Position numbers and translations under genes: made by a program. 24,194 nt of DNA from Nitrososphaerota archaeon (lineage in GTDB: Archaea > Thermoproteota > Nitrososphaeria > Nitrososphaerales > UBA57): NCBI GenBank assembly GCA_013378385.1, contig JACAFS010000010.1:1-24194 (forward strand). Reading direction: 5' to 3'. Numbering within the stretch: position 1 is the stretch's first letter; each line of letters begins with the position of its first letter. The notes beneath the pieces are model-generated. The model worked only from the letters and a program-made list of their open reading frames with translations, was not told the origin of the DNA and searched no databases. Shown piece by piece: positions 15,494 through 22,968 of the stretch.

Positions 15494-16824
15494 TTAGATT
15501 TTAACAACTTATTGAGGTTTCGATCGTATGTAGTGATTGTATTCTCAAGTTTTTTAAGGTCGTCTTCACTAATTTGGAATTCATTCCACAAATCAAGTTC
15601 TCTAATATATTCTTTAAAACGATCATAACCAGGTTTAACTGTTTCAACGATGTTTTCTAATTTAGCACCGCCAAGAAGTAATAATACGTCCAATCTATCA
15701 GAATTCTCTTTAACAGGAACAATTTGAATCAAAGATTCTTTCAAGGAAGGGAAACGTTTTCGATTCCAGGCATTATAATCATCTTCTAGACGCTTAGCAG
15801 ATACAGTATTAAGAACAGATTCAGGAACACGAATAACAACAATACTCAATATGATAGATTCGTACTGGAAGGGAGAAAGCGGAAAATATGCTGCATCATC
15901 TAGTATATTTTTTAAATTGTCATAAATTTCATAACTTCGACCATAAACATAAACCGGTGAGAAAGCTAGAACTTTGAGAGACTTTGCCATTTTGCCAAGA
16001 CTATTTATTGCATGTCCATTACTAGTTAACAAACTAAGAATTCGTGGAACTAAAATTTCGTATCCTAATTTTTTACCTGAACGATCTATTCCAATCATTT
16101 TGCTAAGTGCATTACCTTGTAAAACAATAAGCATATCTCCCGAAGTCTTTTGATTTTTTACTAAACGAGAAATGCCGCAATACGCATTGAATTGTACTTG
16201 ATCAGTATCATTATTAGATGGGAGAGAAGCAAGAACTATTCGTGAAGATTTAGGATTAATGTGTTTAATCTTTTTGATTAAGGGAAGGGTGAGTCCTGAA
16301 ACTAGTGTTTCTCCGATTGACCCAGTAATAATAGCAGTCTGTTCGTCAATATTATTATTAATACCAACCCGACGAATTTTATCTTCAAATTTATCAAATT
16401 CAGAAAAGGTATTTTCGAATTCACTCCAAGTATTGATATTAGAATCATAATCTTCATCGATTAGATAATAATTAGGATCATTAGAAGTAGATTCAGTTGA
16501 ATAAGAAGAATTTTTTTCAGAATCAATAAAATCAACTAATAAATGATTTAATCGTTCAGGATGAACAGAATTTTTAAATGAAAGAAGCGTCTGTGAGCCA
16601 AAATCCCCAATACCAAAATTAATTACTTTATGGAGATTTTTGACTTTGACTGAATTAAGATTATCGATCAAAAGTGAAAGTTCTTTTTTAAAATTTATTA
16701 AAGGAAGATTACAAGTTGCACATTCTTCTAAACCACGAACATTCTTGTGACCATCAGGGCATAAAATAAAAGAATTATAAGAAAGTTTTCTAGATGTAGG
16801 ACGAGTCATTACAATGTATATCAT
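15490..16824 (-). CDS. Uncharacterised protein: N-terminal zinc-ribbon (C-x3-H-x8-C-x2-C) plus a divergent FtsZ/tubulin-like core with degenerate nucleotide-binding motifs
   Basis: 444 aa. The zinc-ribbon segment is CPDGHKNVRGLEECATC. VINFGIGDFGSQTLLSF aligns to the FtsZ G1 box (IkViGvGGgGsNavnrM). AIITGSIGETLVSGLTLPLIKKIK aligns to the T4 segment vFvTaGmGGGTGTGaaPviAeiAK, but GGGTGTG is replaced by GSIGETLVSG. IVLASLPSNND...NAYCGISRL...DMLIVLQGNAL aligns to vaVVTkPFsFEG...A..Gi.eL...DtlIviPNdrL. The T7-equivalent is GHAINSLGKMAKSL and lacks the acidic residues of NxDxxD. The call is by-eye alignment only. The ORF itself is well supported by its length and lack of overlap. Confidence 0.55.
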   Translation of the reverse strand: MIYIVMTRPTSRKLSYNSFILCPDGHKNVRGLEECATCNLPLINFKKELSLLIDNLNSVKVKNLHKVINFGIGDFGSQTLLSFKNSVHPERLNHLLVDFIDSEKNSSYSTESTSNDPNYYLIDEDYDSNINTWSEFENTFSEFDKFEDKIRRVGINNNIDEQTAIITGSIGETLVSGLTLPLIKKIKHINPKSSRIVLASLPSNNDTDQVQFNAYCGISRLVKNQKTSGDMLIVLQGNALSKMIGIDRSGKKLGYEILVPRILSLLTSNGHAINSLGKMAKSLKVLAFSPVYVYGRSYEIYDNLKNILDDAAYFPLSPFQYESIILSIVVIRVPESVLNTVSAKRLEDDYNAWNRKRFPSLKESLIQIVPVKENSDRLDVLLLLGGAKLENIVETVKPGYDRFKEYIRELDLWNEFQISEDDLKKLENTITTYDRNLNKLLKSN

Positions 16825-16893
16825 ATAAGAGAATAAAAATAATTGGGTCAGATAGGCATAATTCCTATTAATTATTAATTAATAGTAAGATAT
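16825..16893. promoter_or_regulatory. 69-nt AT-rich divergent intergenic region, presumably holding promoters for the 444-aa (minus) and 326-aa (plus) genes
   Basis: This is the only non-coding DNA between the divergent genes. It contains TATA-like runs (AATAAAAATAATT; TATTAATTATTAATTAATA) within about 10-30 nt of each start codon, consistent with short-leader or leaderless archaeal transcripts. No experimental support is possible from the sequence alone. Confidence 0.3.
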
Positions 16894-17874
16894 ATGAAAC
16901 GACAAGACAAAGATATTGAATATAAATCCGTAATACTAGAACAAAGTAACAAGAATGTAAAAGGTCGTTTAATAATAACAGGAAATAAAATTTTATTTCA
17001 GAAAAAAGTGGGTTTAATATCAAAAAAATATGAAACTGAATTTCATACAATAATTGAATCAATAAATAAAATCGAAAAAGAAGGTTATTCGAAAATTTTA
17101 ATTACAGATAAAGAAAAAAATATTACAGTAAAATTTATTTTAGATACGCCAGTTGAGGCGAATGAAATTAGTGATAAGATTAATGATACAATAAATCAAT
17201 TAATTCTCGATACTGAAGAAGAGAAGAAGGATGAAATAGATCAGAGAATCAATCTAGCAAATTATTCAACCTATGTGTATGATATTACATTAGAATTATG
17301 GACTACAATTAGTTTGTTATTCATGATTATGAAAGAAACAATAGACAATAATTGGGATGAAGTTGATATAAAGGTGGAAGAATTCAAAGAGATAGTAGCA
17401 GAATTAGATAATAATAAAGTGAATATCAATGGTGATGCAAAAAATATCATAACGTCAATTAAAAGTAGAGATGATTTAACAATAGTGAATTCAATCAGAG
17501 TGTTGATAAAAACATTAGGCGAGTCTTTACAAGGTCCTGTACCATATAGTGAATGGAAAGAAATCAGTTCATCCATGAAACCAAGTTGGGAGAATTTACA
17601 ATTTTTTTATCTCTTTACGGTTGCAATATTTGAATCGTATTATTTTGAGAACATGAACATGGATGAAGAAAGGAAATCATCGAAAGCAAATGTAATTAAA
17701 TACATTCCAATAGTTAATGGACATTTTTCAGATCAGTTATTTGACAAAACAAAATATTCGACAAAAACACTTAGAGAAAGAAACGATACAATTGAGCAAT
17801 TAATAGATGAAACTACTGATAAATTGCAAGAGTTGTTAAAAGATTCTTTGAAGAAAGTAAGTTTGTTAAATTAG
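16894..17874 (+). CDS. Uncharacterised soluble protein: N-terminal PH/GRAM-like beta-sandwich (about residues 10-95) plus an acidic linker and a C-terminal all-helical domain
   Basis: 326 aa. SVILEQSNKNVKGRLIITGNKILFQKK....ETEFHTIIESINKIEKEGYSKILITDKEKNITVKFIL resembles bacterial/archaeal PH (bPH/GRAM) domains (G.L.iT..ri.F....... followed by beta strands and a terminal helix EANEISDKINDTINQLI). The remainder is helical and Glu/Lys/Asp-rich. The fold assignment is tentative. Confidence 0.45.
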   Translation: MKRQDKDIEYKSVILEQSNKNVKGRLIITGNKILFQKKVGLISKKYETEFHTIIESINKIEKEGYSKILITDKEKNITVKFILDTPVEANEISDKINDTINQLILDTEEEKKDEIDQRINLANYSTYVYDITLELWTTISLLFMIMKETIDNNWDEVDIKVEEFKEIVAELDNNKVNINGDAKNIITSIKSRDDLTIVNSIRVLIKTLGESLQGPVPYSEWKEISSSMKPSWENLQFFYLFTVAIFESYYFENMNMDEERKSSKANVIKYIPIVNGHFSDQLFDKTKYSTKTLRERNDTIEQLIDETTDKLQELLKDSLKKVSLLN

Positions 17875-17876
17875 TG

Positions 17877-20240
17877 TTATTTATTTTTCAACAATGTATT
17901 TTTAGATGTATTGAAGGTAACCGTGGATTTACCATAAGCAAATAGTTGTAAGTACTGTACTGCGTATTTACTCCTTACAGGCAATTGCCTAGGAATAACT
18001 TTTCCTTCGATACTAATTAATGAAGAGATTAACGGTTCAATATTAACATAATTTAAGATAAATTCATTCATAATGAGGTATTTCTTGAGTGTAGTGGCTT
18101 CATTTTCAATAATTTTTATACCATATTCGATATTCGATAATCTATCAGACAAATCAGTTTGTGCCTGATCGTCAAGTCGTCTGAGAGAAGATTCGATTTC
18201 AGAAATCAGTTGTGTGTCCTTACCCCATTGAAAATCTAAAGGAACACGTGTATCATTACGTTTTTCAAATTCTCTCAATAATCGTAATAATTCGCCAATA
18301 ACAGTATGTGTACCTGTTTCAAGAAATTGTAACATAGACATAACATCAGGCAGATATAGAATTCCAGTAAAGGTAGAAAGTTGTTCATAATTAATCTGAA
18401 TCTGTTTAGCAACATCAATAGTTTCAATGTCGGTTGGGGTTTGACCCAGAGATTCATTCAATGGAATTATGTTATATTCGTGCATTTTTAATGAACGTTC
18501 AATTAAACGTTTAAGATTTGTAATTGTTTTTTGCATTACTTGATTATAGCGTTTATGAAGAGATGCAATTGTAATAAGAAGAGTATCTAGAGCTTGTGAG
18601 CCTTTTCCTTGTAGAATGAAGTTTTCACTAATAGAAATAGAAGTGAATTCTAGTGTGGGGTCAAATTCTTTTTGCACAACAGTAACAAGACTTTCTGCAA
18701 CACGAATAGTATTTTGAGATACCTCAAGAAAATAGTCGTTCAATTCACGTTGATTATTTAAGACGTCGTCAAATGTAAGATCAGAACTATAAGATAAATG
18801 GTCAGAGTTTATAGATGGAAGATTAGCAATACCAAGTTTTTCAAGCTTAGTTAGCATATCTTGACATTTATCAAGTTGATCGTTATGGTAATTGATGACC
18901 TTAAGTTCTAATGAATCATTTCCAGATAGTTGAGAATCAGAGAAAACGCGAATTTTCTCAGATTTTTCTTTGAGTCCTGAATATGAGAGCGTATATAATC
19001 CATCAAGAGTAATAGAAAGTTCTTCTTTGAATTCGCCAAGCGAGGTTATTGAATTACTAATATCAATACCAGGACATATTTCCTGAATTTCCTCTAGTTG
19101 TGAACCAGAATCATCAATACTACTGAGATAATTGTTGCATTGTTCTTTGACTAATTCAGTAAGTTCAGCACCTTTTGATCTTCTAGAGAGATTAATAGAG
19201 GACAATGACATTGCAACACCAATTGTACCCGCAGCAAGAATAGATTTGAATGAATCAGATGAATTAAAACCAGTAGAATAGTCAAAAGGGATTTGCATGG
19301 CTTGTAAAGGAACAATAAAGAATAGTGTGCCAGCAATAAGAGTAATTACATAAGAATAACTGGGCAATATACTTAATTCAATACCGCGTTCGTCCATCCA
19401 CGGCCATAGTTTATCTAGAATAGATATAAAAGAAAGAGACAAAATCATAAGGATTGGAATAAATAACAAAACAAGATTATCGATTAGAACAAACAAATAT
19501 GAATTAAAGAGGTTATTTTGTAGAGAAAGGAAACCGGAAAGAGATTCACTAAGAGCAAATTCATTGAAAGACAACAACCTAGGACTAGTTTCATAAACAA
19601 TTTGTGAGAACATAGGCATAGTAGAATCAGATATAAGAGAATAGATTACCTGTGGCCTAGTATTTGGATTAATTGATAATATTTCAGCTAATCCAAGTGC
19701 ATTAAATGGAATAAACATAATTAGGAATGAAAATAAAAGTCCAATATTTTTTGAGAGATTATCAGTTTTTTTAATTATTGCATAAACAAGCATAAGAGGT
19801 ATTGAAACAAAATAATATGGAGTCAAGAATAAAGTTCCAGCAGTTAAACCAAATATTAGAGTGAAGATATTATCTGGGTCATTTAATGCTTTAGCAATAA
19901 AGACGCCAACAACGAAGAAACTAAGTAATAACCACCAGAAAGGTATTGATGTCTGATAAAGATAAGCAGGAATAAACAGAATAAATGAGATCAGAAATCC
20001 GGAAGTTATTGACCTGAATCCAATAAAAGCAGAAAGAATTGAAATAAGAAATACAATAGGAATTGGATATAATGGAACAGTGTATAGAATAATTAAACTA
20101 AATAAGAAGATTGAACTAGCAAATAGAATCTTTTTTAGATTTTTACGATATTGTTGTTCTCGTTCAATAGCATTATCGATATCAGAAGATGGTCGGAATC
20201 CAACTTTATCAATTACAGAAGAATTGATTAATTTAGACAA
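17877..20240 (-). CDS. Uncharacterised polytopic membrane protein (about 9-11 TM helices, residues about 37-350) with an approximately 430-aa C-terminal cytoplasmic helical domain
   Basis: 787 aa. Hydrophobic segments include ILFASSIFLFSLIILYTV, IPIVFLISILSAFIGF, GFLISFILFIPAYLY, FWWLLLSFFVVGVFIA, IFTLIFGLTAGTLFL, YYFVSIPLMLVYAII, IGLLFSFLIMFIPFNALGLA, YLFVLIDNLVLLFIPILMILSLSFISIL, YVITLIAGTLFFIVPL and ILAAGTIGVAMSLSSI. I recognise no family motif in the C-terminal half. It lies 25 nt downstream of the 900-aa gene on the same strand. Confidence 0.75.
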   Translation of the reverse strand: MSKLINSSVIDKVGFRPSSDIDNAIEREQQYRKNLKKILFASSIFLFSLIILYTVPLYPIPIVFLISILSAFIGFRSITSGFLISFILFIPAYLYQTSIPFWWLLLSFFVVGVFIAKALNDPDNIFTLIFGLTAGTLFLTPYYFVSIPLMLVYAIIKKTDNLSKNIGLLFSFLIMFIPFNALGLAEILSINPNTRPQVIYSLISDSTMPMFSQIVYETSPRLLSFNEFALSESLSGFLSLQNNLFNSYLFVLIDNLVLLFIPILMILSLSFISILDKLWPWMDERGIELSILPSYSYVITLIAGTLFFIVPLQAMQIPFDYSTGFNSSDSFKSILAAGTIGVAMSLSSINLSRRSKGAELTELVKEQCNNYLSSIDDSGSQLEEIQEICPGIDISNSITSLGEFKEELSITLDGLYTLSYSGLKEKSEKIRVFSDSQLSGNDSLELKVINYHNDQLDKCQDMLTKLEKLGIANLPSINSDHLSYSSDLTFDDVLNNQRELNDYFLEVSQNTIRVAESLVTVVQKEFDPTLEFTSISISENFILQGKGSQALDTLLITIASLHKRYNQVMQKTITNLKRLIERSLKMHEYNIIPLNESLGQTPTDIETIDVAKQIQINYEQLSTFTGILYLPDVMSMLQFLETGTHTVIGELLRLLREFEKRNDTRVPLDFQWGKDTQLISEIESSLRRLDDQAQTDLSDRLSNIEYGIKIIENEATTLKKYLIMNEFILNYVNIEPLISSLISIEGKVIPRQLPVRSKYAVQYLQLFAYGKSTVTFNTSKNTLLKNK

Positions 20241-20265
20241 TTTTTATCTCCAAAATATCAGAGAA

Positions 20266-22968
20266 TTATGAACTGGTATCCTCAATCCGTTTAGTGCTTT
20301 TAAGTTCATGATCAGGAGATACATGAACGCCTTGTTCTAATAAATAGGAATGAGATAGGAGTCTTTCTCCTTGAGTAGTTTGATTATACAGGATATCCAT
20401 TTCCTTGAATGTTTCGAGATCTTTGACACTAGCTTTTGCAGCAATAATTAGAAATCTCATAGTCCAAGGATCAGTTGAATCGACTTCGCGTATGTAAATA
20501 CTTTTGGAAGCGTCTTGTTTTACATAACCAGACAACATAGTTTTAGCTTCGGAATCAAGGTCTTTATCCCATAAACCACGAGGGCTTACTACGGTGAACC
20601 ATAGATAATCAGTTCGGTATTCAGCAGTTAGACCCATTGTAGCAGGAATTCTGAATATACCAAGGGCGCCAGAGAGATATTCCTTAAGATGTTGTCTATC
20701 AATAATTTCGTTGAGCATATTCTCTTGTGTAAGAGACGCTTCATCTTCCAGAAGTATACGTTGCATAATTTTTAGTTGCTCGCCTTCGGTTAATTCCGCA
20801 ACACGATCATAATAACCACGATCTCGCATAGACTCATTCATTTTCTCGTAATAAGTATTTTGAAGAGTTGAAGCTTCAGTTAATAATTTTCTATATGAAG
20901 ATGCTACTTCAAATTTTCTTTCAATGTTTTGATATGCAGAAAGTTTTGACTGGATAGTTTTACGTTCTTCAGTAATCGCAGTGAGTTGAGAATCTATAAT
21001 ATTTAATTCATGTTCGAGATCTGATGCTTTACCTTGCATATACTTCTTTTTTGGACCTAAGAATCCAAATCTAATTTTCTTTGCTTGTCCACCGACTCTA
21101 CCTTTTTCTTGTTCACGACTGCGTTTTTTAATTGTAAGGTTTTCTTCTTCAACTTTTAGTTCCTCTGTTCTTTCGGTTGTTAGTCTTTTCATAACTTGAC
21201 AATCGCCGAGCCGTGCGTCGAGAGTCTTAACTTCAGTTTCAACAGGAGACAGTAAAGAAGACAGAAGTGCAAAGTTTATGACAAGTTCAGGATTACTAAT
21301 TCGTTCTACTGCAATTTGCATTCGTTTATGTAATTCAGTTTTTTCTGATTTGGCAAGTGTTTTATTAAGTTTATCCGCAAGATTACTGATATTAAGATAT
21401 AATTGTAAACCAGTAAGGTATTGATCAATAAGTTCAACTAGATTAATAGTATCGGTAATAATTTGATTTTGTCTTGGAGTAAGTTTTTGAGCACTAGGCA
21501 ATGTGTTGCGTAAGTCTTCGGTTAATTGCTTAACTTTATCTTGTAAAGTATTATAGTTTTGAGATAAGTTACTACTAAGAGATACTAATTCTTCGGATAG
21601 AGTTCTTATCCTAGCTTCTACAGTACCATCTGCAGCATCCAATCCTATTGATAAAACGGATTTGGATAAGTCATTTACTAAAGTACGGGTAGCAGTTTCT
21701 GCTCCACGAATATGCATGAGTAATTCGGCATCCATAGAAACCCCCTCTCCAAGGAAGCTTTGGACGTTTTCTTCAAATCTTGATTCTTCATAGGTATTTT
21801 TCTCGATAGAGAGACCTCGATATACGGCTTTTAATTCATCGTACGATGAATTCATTACATCGATAAGTCCTTTAGATTGTTCATTTCCTGAGTAAATTTC
21901 TAATTTTTCTTTTCTTAGTTCACGTAAACGGTCTAATTTATCAAGATATATTTTAGTGAGTTCAATAAATTCAGCAACTGGATAAGAAACTTTCAGTGTA
22001 GAAATTACATTGACCCATTTTCCTCCCAAATCTACATTAGAACCAATATTACTGAATAAATCTGCCAAGTCAAAATTCAAAGATTTCATCAATATATCAA
22101 CTATAGCCTCATCGACTAACTTACGAGCGTCAAGTACACTTCCAGTTCTACTATAAGCAGGACCAAGAGACATCATAAGAAAAGCCGTAAACGGATTTTT
22201 ATATGGTTCTCCATAAGTGCTAACAACATTATGATTTAGAGATCGATCAATAGCATATTCATGTTCAAGAAGAGAAGAATAACAAGAAGCTCCTTTAGCA
22301 GGAGGGTCGTCGCCACTACAAGGAAGAATAGCTAATCCAATAATTGGTATTCCACTGCCTATTTTTTTTCTCAAATGTCTTGCAAAGTCTAATGCAGTAC
22401 CACTACCTGAACCGCCACCAAGGCCATAAACCAAAAATATAATTGGCTGAATAGTAGCCGTAAAGACATGTTCTTTAAATTTATCCATATAACCGTCGAC
22501 AAGTTTGAGATGATGATAATTCAATCCATAAATTGCTTTAGATAAAGCGCGTTTTCTTCCAACTCCTCCAGCAAGCGGAGGAATTTCCATAGACGAAGAG
22601 AGCCAAGGTGTGTACTGTTCAGGTACAACTGCACCTTCACGTTCAAGAAAATCTGGATATGCTTTAATAAAATCAAACATTGATTCCGGAGTAGGGAATT
22701 TCATAGTTTTACTTTCAAGATGTATTTTATCAGTAGGAATTCCATTGGTTTTTAGAGTCTCAGATAGATTCTTGTAAGCCATATCAAGACTACGTATATC
22801 ATGATCTGCAACATCTAATGCAAGCAGTGAAATTTTAATCCCGTCGATTTTCAGGAGAGGGAGTAAATTATCGTGATTTTGTACAAATGATTCAATTACA
22901 TTTGCTCCTGTGCCTCCTAAGCCAACAATTTGTATAGAACTAGTATAATCTGCAGCCAAAGCAATCAC
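20266..22968 (-). CDS. Large FtsZ/tubulin-superfamily GTPase (N-terminal about 330 aa) fused to an approximately 450-aa coiled-coil region, a basic patch and a C-terminal globular domain
   Basis: 900 aa. The G1 box is IQIVGLGGTGANVIESF (nt 22906-22923). The T3-like segment is AGGVGRKRALSKA. The T4 tubulin signature is IIFLVYGLGGGSGSGTALDFARHL (GGGSGSG, nt 22399-22419). IIGLAILPCSGDD is equivalent to the FtsZ VVTKPFsFEG strand. The T7-like segment SLNFDLADL matches NxDxxD. Residues about 335-760 are heptad-rich and Glu/Lys/Leu-rich. The basic segment is KKRSREQEKGRVGGQAKKIRFGFLGPKKKYMQGK (nt 21028-21129). The GTG start overlaps the upstream stop by 1 nt. Confidence 0.8.
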   Translation of the reverse strand: MIALAADYTSSIQIVGLGGTGANVIESFVQNHDNLLPLLKIDGIKISLLALDVADHDIRSLDMAYKNLSETLKTNGIPTDKIHLESKTMKFPTPESMFDFIKAYPDFLEREGAVVPEQYTPWLSSSMEIPPLAGGVGRKRALSKAIYGLNYHHLKLVDGYMDKFKEHVFTATIQPIIFLVYGLGGGSGSGTALDFARHLRKKIGSGIPIIGLAILPCSGDDPPAKGASCYSSLLEHEYAIDRSLNHNVVSTYGEPYKNPFTAFLMMSLGPAYSRTGSVLDARKLVDEAIVDILMKSLNFDLADLFSNIGSNVDLGGKWVNVISTLKVSYPVAEFIELTKIYLDKLDRLRELRKEKLEIYSGNEQSKGLIDVMNSSYDELKAVYRGLSIEKNTYEESRFEENVQSFLGEGVSMDAELLMHIRGAETATRTLVNDLSKSVLSIGLDAADGTVEARIRTLSEELVSLSSNLSQNYNTLQDKVKQLTEDLRNTLPSAQKLTPRQNQIITDTINLVELIDQYLTGLQLYLNISNLADKLNKTLAKSEKTELHKRMQIAVERISNPELVINFALLSSLLSPVETEVKTLDARLGDCQVMKRLTTERTEELKVEEENLTIKKRSREQEKGRVGGQAKKIRFGFLGPKKKYMQGKASDLEHELNIIDSQLTAITEERKTIQSKLSAYQNIERKFEVASSYRKLLTEASTLQNTYYEKMNESMRDRGYYDRVAELTEGEQLKIMQRILLEDEASLTQENMLNEIIDRQHLKEYLSGALGIFRIPATMGLTAEYRTDYLWFTVVSPRGLWDKDLDSEAKTMLSGYVKQDASKSIYIREVDSTDPWTMRFLIIAAKASVKDLETFKEMDILYNQTTQGERLLSHSYLLEQGVHVSPDHELKSTKRIEDTSS
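22399..22419 (-). other. Tubulin/FtsZ signature motif (GGGSGSG) of the 900-aa protein
   Basis: The reverse complement of 22399-22419 is ggtggcggttcaggtagtggt, which translates to G G G S G S G. This is one conservative change from the canonical GGGTG(T/S)G. Confidence 0.8.

Noticed and set aside
16866-16880. The AT-only 11-mer TATTAATTATT is shared between the 444/326 divergent spacer (about 16866-16880) and the region upstream of the 309-aa operon (about 23906-23916), which could be a common operator
   Set aside because: In a genome this AT-rich, an A/T-only 11-mer recurring in two promoter-like spacers is easily explained by chance or generic TATA-like sequence. It is not enough to call a regulatory motif without orthologous comparisons.
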